DNA of 64,000 nucleotides from Macrostomum hystrix (Eukaryota > Animalia > Platyhelminthes). Of this stretch, positions 38,556-50,000 are shown piece after piece. The DNA is taken from assembly GCA_950097015.1 (NCBI GenBank), contig CATNEN010000025.1, positions 62,001 to 126,000 on the forward strand, read 5' to 3'. The notes beneath the pieces are model-generated. The model had not been told where the DNA came from. It saw only the letters and a program-made list of their open reading frames with translations, and made no database searches. A program made the position numbers and the translations under genes. Each line of letters starts with the position of its first letter. Position 1 is the first letter of the stretch.

Positions 38556-39366
38556 TGTACTTTGCGTGGCAATGAGAATGTCAGACCAGATTTACACACT
38601 CCTGTGCGTGTGGTATTGCCTCCTCTCCGGCGGAAAAGTGCAACTATTCCATTGTGCTTTCGACCTGCGATCCTTGACATTAGGGCAAAGCAGAAGAGAA
38701 AATAGTAATAATAAAACTCGGATCGTGCAAACCTGACATTGAGAAGGCTGAATTTAAGCTAAAAAAACTAATAAGGCGATTTCCTTAACAGGTTATATTC
38801 ATTTCAGGCTTTCATTTGGTTTGACTAAAGAATTTCTTTTGGCAGGGCAGCAGCTGAGATATTAAAGGTAACAAAAAAGCACAATGGAATCACAAAAAGG
38901 ATTGTGAAGCAATGGTCTAAAATAGATTTCTGGAATACAAATATTGCGAAATAGATCTTTATTTAAGTCAAACCAATGACTGCGAACCGGCTGTCAGTCT
39001 GTCAACTGGCTGGCCAAACATTCACTAACTGTAAAATGACGCGGTGGAGTCGGCAAACTTTGACGTGTCTAAAAAATCACTACACTCGGTTCAGCTTTGA
39101 AAGGTATGCGAAATATTGAATTCCAGCTGGGCAAATACGAGGCGTAGCACAGTAATCGCTGTAACAGAGTAGAATTTCGGAAATCACATACGATGTGCTA
39201 GATGTAAACGAAAGTTAACTTATAGTTCTAAATTTGGCCTAAGTTTAGGTTATCTTTACGCGATCACACATAAACATGTTTTACTGAATCCAAAAGATCT
39301 TAATTAATTAAGGTCTTATTAATTAATTATTAAAAATCTTAAACACAATTTTGTTCTTTTTCTAAA

Positions 39367-41573
39367 TTCTGATGCTCCTCCTTGAAGTCTACTAGGTCTG
39401 ATACTCCTCCCTGAAGTGTGTTAGGTCTGATGCTCCTCCCTGAAGTGTGTTAGGTCTGATGCTCCTCCCTGAAGTGTGTTAGGTCTGATGCTCCTCCCTG
39501 AAGTGTGTTAGGTCTGATGCTCCTCCCTGAAGTGTGTTAGGTCTGATGCTCCTCCCTGAAGTGTGTTAGGTCTGATGCTCCTCTTTGAAGTCTACTAGGT
39601 CTGATGCTCCTCCCTGAAGTCTACTAGGTCTGATACTCTTCCCTGAAGTCTACTAGGTCTGATACTCCTCCCTGAAGTCTACTAGGTCTGATACTCTTCC
39701 CTGAAGTCTACTAGGTCTGATACTCTTCCCTGAAGTCTACTAGGTCTGATACTCCTCCCTGAAGTCTACTAGGTCTGATACTCCTCCCTGAAGTCTACTA
39801 GGTCTGATACTCCTCCCTGAAGTGTGTTAGGTCTGATGCTCCTCCCTGAAGTGTGTTAGGTCTGATGCTCCTCCCTGAAGTGTGTTAGGTCTGATGCTCC
39901 TCCCTGAAGTGTGTTAGGTCTGATACTCCTCCCTGAAGTGTGTTCGGTCTGATGCTTCTCCCTGAAGTGTGTTAGGTCTGATGCTCCTCCCTGAAGTGTG
40001 TTAGGTCTGATGCTCCTCCCTGAAGTGTGTTCGGTCTGATACTCCTCCCTGAAGTGTGTTAGGTCTGATGCTCCTCCCTGAAGTGTGTTAGGTCTGATGC
40101 TCCTCCCTGAAGTGTGTTAGGTCTGATGCTCCTCCCTGAAGTGTGTTAGGTCTGATGCTCCTCCCTGAAGTGTGTTAGGTCTGATGCTCCTCTTTGAAGT
40201 CTACTAGGTCTGATACTCCTCCCTGAAGTCTACTAGGTCTGATACTCCTCCCTGAAGTGTGTTAGGTCTGATGCTCCTCTTTGAAGTCTACTAGGTCTGA
40301 TACTCCTCCCTGAAGTCTACTAGGTCTGATACTCCTCCCTGAAGTCTACTAGGTCTGATACTCCTCCCTGAAGTCTACTAGGTCTGATACTCCTCCCTGA
40401 AGTGTGTTAGGTCTGATGCTCCTCTTTGAAGTCTACTAGGTCTGATACTCCTCCCTGAAGTGTGTTAGGTCTGATGCTCCTCCCTGAAGTGTGTTAGGTC
40501 TGATGCTCCTCTTTGAAGTCTACTAGGTCTGATACTCCTCCCTGAAGTCTACTAGGTCTGATACTCCTCCCTGAAGTGTGTTAGGTCTGATGCTCCTCTT
40601 TGAAGTCTACTAGGTCTGATACTCCTCCCTGAAGTCTACTAGGTCTGATACTCCTCCCTGAAGTCTACTAGGTCTGATACTCCTCCCTGAAGTGTGTTAG
40701 GTCTGATGCTCCTCTTTGAAGTCTACTAGGTCTGATACTCCTCCCAGAAGTGTGTTAGGTCTGATGCTCCTCCCTGAAGTCTACTAGGTCTGATACTCCT
40801 CCCTGAAGTGTGTTAGGTCTGATGCTCCTCTTTGAAGTCTACTAGGTCTGATACTCCTCCCTGAAGTGTGTTAGGTCTGATGCTCCTCTTTGAAGTCTAC
40901 TAGGTCTGATACTCCTCCCTGAAGTCTGTTCGGTCTGATACTCCCTGAAGTGTGTTCGGTCTGATACTCCTCCCTGAAGTCTACTAGGTCTGATACTCCT
41001 CCCTGAAGTGTGTTAGGTCTGATGCTCCTCTTTGAAGTCTACTAGGTCTGATACTCCTCCCAGAAGTGTGTTAGGTCTGATGCTCCTCCCTGAAGTCTAC
41101 TAGGTCTGATACTCCTCCCTGAAGTGTGTTAGGTCTGATACTCCTCCCTGAAGTGTGTTAGGTCTGATGCTCCTCTTTGAAGTCTACTAGGTCTGATACT
41201 CCTCCCTGAAGTGTGTTAGGTCTGATGCTCCTCTTTGAAGTCTACTAGGTCTGATACTCCTCCCTGAAGTGTGTTAGGTCTGATGCTCCTCTTTGAAGTC
41301 TACTAGGTCTGATACTCCTCCCTGAAGTGTGTTAGGTCTGATGCTCCCTGAAGTGTGTTAGGTCTGATACTCCCTGAAGTGTGTTAGGTCTGATACTCCC
41401 TGAAGTGTGTTAGGTCTGATACTCCTCCCTGAAGTGTGTTAGGTCTGATACTCCTCCCTGAAGTCTGTTCGGTCTGATACTCCCTGACGTGTGTTCGGTC
41501 TGATACTCCCTGATGTGTGTTCGGTCTGATACTCCTCCTTGAGGTCTACTAGGTGTGACACTCCTCCCTGAAG
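39367..41573. repeat. 29-bp minisatellite, about 75 copies, in DEG/ENaC intron 1
   Basis: Unit ctgat[g/a]ctcctccctgaagt[gtgtt/ctact]aggt; period 29. Confidence 0.97.
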
Positions 41574-41623
41574 TAAAACGCCAGTAGAACGCCTTCTGTT
41601 TAGTGAGTAAGCAGTGACCTCAC

Positions 41624-42123
41624 CGAGTCAGATTTCTCAATCGCCGACTGAATTCCGTGGGCGACTCAGCCGTCCCGGACCTCCATAGATCGCGGGCCTG
41701 CTGAGCGAATGGATAGTGGTTGCAGATGGTGATGGCCGGGAAGGCGCTAACTTCGTTGGCTGCTATGGACGTCTGGATGGCCACGTCGTACTCTAGATAG
41801 TTGGCCAGCACCCTGGACGAGGAGTACAGCAGCAGGGCCACCATCAGCAGTACGAACATCAGCCAGAGGCAGCGGAGGAACAAAGACTCGGCTTTGCAGA
41901 TGCGCGACACTCCGCGCAGACTGCTGTTGGCGCAGAAGAGGCCGCGAATCTCAGCCGACCGGCTGCCGCCACCGCCAGCAGCAGCAGCAGCAGCAGCAGC
42001 AGTTCCAGTGGAGACTGACGCTCGCGAAGACGCAGTCAGGCGCAAATGCTCATGGTGTCGACGCGGTGCCGACGCTGTCAAAGACACGCTGGCTAATGTT
42101 GTCGAAAATTCGCTGTCTTGCAT
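41624..42123 (-). CDS. DEG/ENaC subunit, exon 1 (N-terminus, TM1)
   Basis: FCANSSLRGVSRI (pre-TM1), LWLMFVLLMVALLLYSS (TM1), AFPAITICNHYPF (FPAVTxCN signature); donor CG|gtgagg at 41624/41623, phase 2. The joined CDS is 1800 nt = 599 aa plus stop. Confidence 0.9.
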
Positions 42124-42975
42124 TGTTGCAATCCGCTTAAACTGCTGGTGCTTGCCGCTTCATTTTACTAGTCTTCGAACTCGGAACCGATCGCCTTGAG
42201 CTTACAAGCATTGGCATTTCAGGAGGTAATAATTTTTCTCGCAGCTCATGCAGCCATTGGTCCTCGACAGCCATTGGGTCAGACCGAGCAGGCCTGTTCG
42301 ACGGTCTCGCTCCCTGAGACTGTGGCATGAGCTGTGTGCTCCTCATTTTATTCAGTTTATACTTGTCGCTCAAACTCCAGGTTCCCTGAGTTGACGGTAC
42401 CGACCCCGCGGGAGTGGCTGCTGACAGGCTTGCCAACCATCTCAAATTTTCCGTGGCGAGTCGCTCCTGCACTGCCTTAGCTCCATAGCAGCGATGCCTA
42501 TCAGCCCCCTAGGTGTTAAACAACCTTGAGGATGCAGGAAGCTGACATTATCCCATTCTCCCTCCAAATATCCCCGGGCAATCTCCTTTTCTGCCCCTGG
42601 AGCTCCCAAAGACCCATTCACATCCCTCGTGCACGTGCAGTTTACACGACACCTTTTTACACAGGCCGCGGGAAAATGACTGACTTCGCTGAAGAACCCC
42701 ACGCTGTCACCTCAGTGAGTAGGGAGAGCTAGAAAAAACTGAAAACTTCAGGTGGCAAACAAAGGCCCGTGGGATCTTTCATACAAAAAAGTACAGTAAA
42801 TTATGCCCACAAAGGCCACCTGTGGGTATGTACAAGCGTAGAGAAACGTATGAGCATTTAAAGTCGCATTTTTCGAGTTTTCGGTGTGTACTTTTTGTAC
42901 TTTCAGCTATAGTACTTTCGGTTAGTACTTCCGACACATTCTGAATGCGCAACCCATATCGAGATCCAAGGCCGC

Positions 42976-43458
42976 TTGTAGAACCTTAGCATGAGCAGCA
43001 CAGATACTTGTAGAACCTTAGCATGAGCAGCACAGATACTTGTAGAACCTTAGCATGAGCTGCACAGATACTTGTAGAACCTCAGCATGAGCTGCACAGA
43101 TACTTGTAGAACCTTAGCATGAGCAGCACAGATACTTGTAGAACCTCAGCATGAGCTGCACAGATACTTGTAGAACCTTAGCATGAGCTGCACAGATACT
43201 TGTAGAACCTTAGCATGAGCGGCACAGATACTTGTAGAACCTTAGCATGAGCAGCTCAGATACTTGTAGAACCTTAGCATGAGCAGCACAGATACTTGTA
43301 GAACCTTAGCATGAGCTGCACAGATGCTTGTAGAACCTTAGCATGAGCTGCACAGATACTTGTAGAACCTTAGCATGAGCGGCACAGATACTTGTAGAAC
43401 CTTAGCATGAGCGGCACAGATACTTGTAGAACCTTAGCATGAGCGGCAGATACTTGTA
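42976..43458. repeat. 32-bp minisatellite, about 15 copies
   Basis: Unit ttgtagaaccttagcatgagc[a/t/g]gcacagatac; period 32 (42976, 43008). Confidence 0.96.
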
Positions 43459-44985
43459 ACTGTAACTTAACCCACGTGAGCATGCGCCGTATAAATGTAG
43501 GTTCATTCAATTCATTTGAGTTATAGCTAGAGCTTCATTTAAAAGTGCTCCGGCTTTGAAAATGACTCCGTAAACAGTGAGAAACAAAACTAATGGCACC
43601 GCTGCTTCGATACTAAGTGCTTTTAATTTTTGCAGCTAGCTCAGTGCTCGAGTAGCTTTCACTGAGCAAACGCAAAATAGTTTCAACGATTGCACAGCCC
43701 ACAGTACATGCACGTGTAGAAACGTTTTTATAATTCTACCTCAGGTTTAGGTTTAGTGAGAGCATTGTAAGAAACTGAAGCAGTTACTGTCTACCATCTT
43801 GTATCTAGGAAATTAACAAGATTAAGCTCATTGCTATTAGCTAATTGATGCCACCAATTGATGATTATAGTAAACAGTTTAAATACACAGCTTCTCGTCC
43901 ATTATAATTAGGTTTGAACATAAATAAACACATAAGCTTCGCAATAATGTTGCGAACCGTTTTCATCGAAAACCTATTGAACAAGAAGCTAGTGTTCACA
44001 CGCGAGACATTGAAGCCCGGTTTCCATTAACAGTAGATAGACGATGCTAATTCCCACCAGGGAAAGACCACGAAAGATATTTCAAACACCCTCTCCCTAG
44101 TTCCCGGTAGCTCCCAAACGGAATGACCGATTTTCGTGAAAGTCCACCATTTGGATCAAAGTTTTCCACACTCTACGATAAACTAATTTTCAAAGCCGTC
44201 CGGCGTCAGCATCGTCGTGATATTCAGCGAATCAACGACTAATCAATTCAATAAATTCAACAATAATAGCCACATTTGTTATATGACGAAATTCTGTGGG
44301 AAAAAGTATGCCCCTATATTGGTGTTTTGCCACCAAAATACTGAATCGCGACGATGGCCGATGTTTTGTGATTCTGGAAGTTGTTTCACCGGATAATTTA
44401 GCGAATAATTTAGCACGTGTTCTGCATTTTCATGGCGATTGGTTGAATACTTTGGGAGATACAGCAAAAATATGCTTTTGAAATACCCCGTGGTCTCCGT
44501 ACTGTTAACAGCAGCTTCTAGAATAATTGTACTTTTGATAAGATTTAAGAAATTATGCACTGAAATAATCTAGCTGACAGTCGAAATCATATACTAATTA
44601 ACCCTCAGGTATTTAATATCACAATCCCAACTCAACTAATTGAGCAGACTAATTTTAAAGCTCTGCCGAACTGAATGCTAAATTATCAAACCATCTGCAC
44701 TTTTTACAAGGTTTGAGCACGAATTTCAGGGGTCTGCGATTTGAGTCTGTAGATTTGAATATCTGTAGTTTGTGAGTCTGTAGATTTGATAATCTGCACT
44801 TAGTGGATCAGCTTTCTTGGGTGCTTGAATTTTCGTAGTCTATATTTTCTTTGGTTCGGCTCAAAATTTTAACGCCCAACATGCTTAGCTGGCTTAGAAT
44901 GACAAAGGAATTGTGAATTAATCTCATCCATCTCGCGTTTGACTTGACAACATAATTCAACACTGCCACAGCCTCAAAGGTCAAG

Positions 44986-45420
44986 TCACATGAAATCATC
45001 GCTTTCGTATCCGCTCATCTCCTTGTTGCTGACCATTTTGGAGTCATCGAAAAGTCTGTCATAGGACTTCATCTGTTTGTCTTCCTCCTTCCGTTTCCGC
45101 TCCTCCTCGGTGACACGTTTTCGTTCCCGTTCGGCCGCTTTCAAATTCTGCCTCTCGCGCGCGTCACGTTCCTCGCGCTGAGCTCGGAGATCAGGGAACT
45201 CCTCGCGCCGGCTCTTCTCCAACGGCTTCAACAGCTGCTGCACCCGGCGCTCCACGTGCACTCGGCGGACCAGTTTGTCCCGGTGGAAGCCCACCTGACC
45301 GACGGCCATGTCGCCAGTTTTCTTCAAATTATCCCACATTGTGTAGACAATGTCAACATTGTTCTGCTTGCTGCCCTCGATGCTGTTGGCCTTAACAAGC
45401 TGGGCGCAGGCGTCAATGAC
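44986..45420 (-). CDS. CCDC25: Coiled-coil domain-containing protein 25 (NFACT-R family), exon 2
   Basis: Acceptor ccgcag|GTC; VIDACAQLVKANSIEGSKQNNVDIVYTMWDNLKKTGDMAVGQVGFH...FPDL...ESDDFM matches human CCDC25 as recalled. Confidence 0.95.
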   Translation of the reverse strand, partial: VIDACAQLVKANSIEGSKQNNVDIVYTMWDNLKKTGDMAVGQVGFHRDKLVRRVHVERRVQQLLKPLEKSRREEFPDLRAQREERDARERQNLKAAERERKRVTEEERKRKEEDKQMKSYDRLFDDSKMVSNKEMSGYESDDFM

Positions 45421-45426
45421 CTGCGG

Positions 45427-46703
45427 GTTGGGATCAGTGATTCGCAGATTGAGTAGGGATCAGTGATTCGCAGATTGAGTAGGGATCCGTGATTCTCAGA
45501 TTGAGTAGGGATCCGTGATTCGCAGATTGAGTTGGGATCAGTGATTCGCAGATTGAGTAGGGATCAGTGATTCGCAGATTGAGTTGGGATCCGTGATTCG
45601 CAGATTGAGTAGGGATCCGTGATTCTCAGATTGAGTTGGGATCAGTGATTCGCAGATTGAGTTGAGATCAGTGATTCGCAGATTGAGTAGGGATTAGTGA
45701 TTCGCAGATTGAGTAGGGATCCGTGATTCGCAGATTGAGTTGGGATCAGTGATTCGCAGATTGAGTTGGGATCAGTGATTCGCAGATTGAGTAGGGATCC
45801 GTGATTCGCAGATTGAGTTGGGATCAGTGATTCGCAGATTGAGTAGGGATCCGTGATTCGCAGATTGAGTAGGGATTAGTGATTCGCAGATTTAATAGGG
45901 ATCCGTGATTCGCAGATTGAGTTGGGATCCGTGATTCGCAGATTGAGTTGGGATCAGTGATTCGCAGATTGAGTAGGGATCAGTGATTCGCAGATTGAGT
46001 AGGGATCCGTGATTCGCAGATTGAGTTGGGATCAGTGATTCGCAGATTGAGTTGGGATCAGTGATTCGCAGATTGAGTAGGGATCCGTGATTCGCAGATT
46101 GAGTTGGGATCAGTGATTCGCAGATTGAGTTGGGATCAGTGATTCGCAGATTGAGTAGGGATCCGTGATTCGCAGATTGAGTTGGGATCAGTGATTCGCA
46201 GATTGAGTAGGGATCAGTGATTCGCAGATTGAGTAGGGATTAGTGATTCGCAGATTGAGTAGGGATCCGTGATTCGCAGATTGAGTTGGGATCCGTGATT
46301 CGCAGATTGAGTTGGGATCAGTGATTCGCAGATTGAGTAGGGATCAGTGATTCGCAGATTGAGTAGGGATCAGTGATTCGCAGATTGAGTTGGGATCAGT
46401 GATTCGCAGATTGAGTAGGGATCAGTGATTCGCAGATTGAGTTGGGATCAGTGATTCGCAGATTGAGTTGGGATCAGTGATTCGCAGATTGAGTTGGGAT
46501 CAGTGATTCGCAGATTGAGTTGGGATCAGTGATTCGCAGATTGAGTTGGGATCAGTGATTCGCAGATTGAGTAGGGATCAGTGATTCGCAGATTGAGTTG
46601 GGATCAGTGATTCGCAGATTGAGTAGGGATCAGTGATTCGCAGATTGAGTTGGGATCAGTGATTCGCAGATTGAGTTGGGATCAGTGATTTGCAGATTAA
46701 GTT
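45427..46703. repeat. 26-bp minisatellite filling the CCDC25 intron, about 49 copies
   Basis: Unit gggatc[a/c]gtgattcgcagattgagt[a/t]. Confidence 0.97.
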
Positions 46704-46752
46704 TGGATAAAGTGGGATAAATTTCGAATGGCTTCAGTCGAAAAAAGCCCAC

Positions 46753-46947
46753 CTGGGCGGGTACATCGTCCAGGGTTTCGCCAGGCCGCAGCCGCAGGTA
46801 GACGTGAGCACTGCTCAGTTTGTCAACATGAAACCAGACATCTTCCGGCCAGCCCCAGCGGATGAGTTCCTCATTCTCGTGCTTGTCCGCGCCCATGTAC
46901 ATTGTGTAGGGCGGACTAACCAGGTCGCATGTGAAATACAAAACCAT
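46753..46947 (-). CDS. CCDC25: Coiled-coil domain-containing protein 25, exon 1
   Basis: [46 protein letters not shown] matches [46 protein letters not shown]; donor CAG|gtgggc, phase 0. Total 209 aa. Confidence 0.95.
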
Positions 46948-46956
46948 TTTTTCTTG

Positions 46957-46972
46957 CTGAAAGACACAAGAA
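46957..46972 (-). promoter_or_regulatory. 3' splice-acceptor-like site 9 nt upstream of the CCDC25 ATG (5'UTR intron or trans-splice site)
   Basis: Sense sequence ttcttgtgtctttcag|caagaaaaaATG. Confidence 0.55.
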
Positions 46973-47040
46973 TCTTTAACTAGCAACTCATGTGATTAAC
47001 TATTCTTGTAATTTTGAGAAAACGATAAACAAGACCAAGC

Positions 47041-50000
47041 AAGTGTACTCAAAGTGATATTGAACAGATTGACTAAAAACGAGATTCAGAAGGTCTACTC
47101 AAAGTGTGATTTGAACAGGTGTACTCAAATTGAGATTGAACAGGTGTACTCAAAGTGAGATTGAACAGGTGTACTCAAAGTGTGATTTGAACAGGTGTAC
47201 TCAAAATGAGATTGAACAGGTGTATTCATAATGAGATTGAAATGATGTATCCAAAGTGAGATTGAACAGGTGTACTCAAAAGTTAAATTGAACAGGTGTG
47301 CTCATAATGAGATTGAAATGTATCCAAAGTGAGATTGAACAGGTGTACTCAAAAGTTAAATTGAACAGGTGTGCTCATAATGAGATTGAAATGATGTATC
47401 CAAAGTGAGATTGAACAGGTGTACTCAAAAGTTAGATTGAACAGGTGTGCTCATAATGAGATTGAAATGATGTATCCAAAGTGAGATTGAACAGGTGTAC
47501 TCAAAGTGAGATTGAACAGGTGTGCTCATAATGAGATTGAAATGATGTATCCAAAGTGAGATTGAACAGGTGTACTCAAAAGTTAGATTGAACAGGTGTG
47601 CTCATAATGAGATTGAAATGATGTATCCAAAGTGAGATTGAACAGGTGTACTCAAAGTGAGATTGAACAGGTGTATTCATAATGAGATTGAAATGATGTA
47701 TCCAAAGTGAGATTGAACAGGTGTACTCAAAAGTTAAATTGAACAGGTGTGCTCATAATGAGATTGAAATGTATCCAAAGTGAGATTGAACAGGTGTACT
47801 CAAAAGTTAGATTGAACAGGTGTGCTCATAATGAGATTGAAATGATGTATCCAAAGTGAGATTGAACAGGTGTACTCAAAAGTTAAATTGAACAGGTGTG
47901 CTCATAATGAGATTGAAATGTATCCAAAGTGAGATTGAACAGGTGTACTCAAAAGTTAGATTGAACAGGTGTGCTCATAATGAGATTGAAATGATGTATC
48001 CAAAGTGAGATTGAACAGGTGTACTCAAAAGTTAGATTGAACAGGTGTGCTCATAATGAGATTGAAATGTATCCAAAGTGAGATTGAACAGGTGTACTCA
48101 AAAGTTAGATTGAACAGGTGTGCTCATAATGAGATTGAAATGATGTATCCAAAGTGAGATTGAACAGGTGTACTCAAAAGTTAAATTGAACAGGTGTGCT
48201 CATAATGAGATTGAAATGATGTATCCAAAGTGAGATTGAACAGGTGTACTCAAAAGTTAGATTGAACAGGTGTGCTCATAATGAGATTGAAATGATGTAT
48301 CCAAAGTGAGATTGAACAGGTGTACTCAAAAGTTAGATTGAACAGGTGTGCTCATAATGAGATTGAAATGATGTATCCAAAGTGAGATTGAACAGGTGTA
48401 CTCAAAAGTTAGATTGAACAGGTGTGCTCATAATGAGATTGAAATGATGTATCCAAAGTGAGATTGAACAGGTGTACTCAAAAGTGAGATTGAACAGGTG
48501 TGCTCATAATGAGATTGAAATGATGTATCCAAAGTGAGATTGAACAGGTGTACTCAAAAGTGAGATTGAACAGGTGTGCTCATAATGAGATTGAAATGAT
48601 GTATCCAAAGTGAGATTGAACAGGTGTACTCAAAGTGAGATTGAACAGGTGTGCTCATAATGAGATTGAAATGATGTATCCAAAGTGAGATTGAACAGGT
48701 GTACTCAAAGTGAGATTGAACAGGTGTGCTCATAATGAGATTGAAATGATGTATCCAAAGTGAGATTGAACAGGTGTACTCAAAAGTTAGATTGAACAGG
48801 TGTGCTCATAATGAGATTGAAATGATGTATCCAAAGTGAGATTGAACAGGTGTACTCAAAGTGAGATTGAACAGGTGTATTCATAATGAGATTGAAATGA
48901 TGTATCCAAAGTGAGATTGAACAGGTGTACTCAAAAGTTAAATTGAACAGGTGTGCTCATAATGAGATTGAAATGTATCCAAAGTGAGATTGAACAGGTG
49001 TACTCAAAAGTTAGATTGAACAGGTGTGCTCATAATGAGATTGAAATGATGTATCCAAAGTGAGATTGAACAGGTGTACTCAAAAGTTAAATTGAACAGG
49101 TGTGCTCATAATGAGATTGAAATGTATCCAAAGTGAGATTGAACAGGTGTACTCAAAAGTTAGATTGAACAGGTGTGCTCATAATGAGATTGAAATGATG
49201 TATCCAAAGTGAGATTGAACAGGTGTACTCAAAAGTTAAATTGAACAGGTGTGCTCATAATGAGATTGAAATGTATCCAAAGTGAGATTGAACAGGTGTA
49301 CTCAAAAGTTAGATTGAACAGGTGTGCTCATAATGAGATTGAAATGATGTATCCAAAGTGAGATTGAACAGGTGTACTCAAAAGTTAAATTGAACAGGTG
49401 TGCTCATAATGAGATTGAAATGATGTATCCAAAGTGAGATTGAACAGGTGTACTCAAAAGTTAGATTGAACAGGTGTGCTCATAATGAGATTGAAATGAT
49501 GTATCCAAAGTGAGATTGAACAGGTGTACTCAAAAGTTAGATTGAACAGGTGTGCTCATAATGAGATTGAAATGATGTATCCAAAGTGAGATTGAACAGG
49601 TGTACTCAAAAGTTAGATTGAACAGGTGTGCTCATAATGAGATTGAAATGATGTATCCAAAGTGAGATTGAACAGGTGTACTCAAAAGTGAGATTGAACA
49701 GGTGTGCTCATAATGAGATTGAAATGATGTATCCAAAGTGAGATTGAACAGGTGTACTCAAAAGTGAGATTGAACAGGTGTGCTCATAATGAGATTGAAA
49801 TGATGTATCCAAAGTGAGATTGAACAGGTGTACTCAAAGTGAGATTGAACAGGTGTGCTCATAATGAGATTGAAATGATGTATCCAAAGTGAGATTGAAC
49901 AGGTGTACTCAAAAGTTAGATTGAACAGGTGTGCTCATAATGAGATTGAAATGATGGATCCAAAGTGAGATTGAACAGGTGTATTTAAAGTGAGATTGAA

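Noticed and set aside
46948-46986. N-terminal extension [13 protein letters not shown] of CCDC25 in the ORF track
   Set aside because: It starts at a non-ATG codon, homology begins at MVLYF, and the region looks like a splice acceptor.
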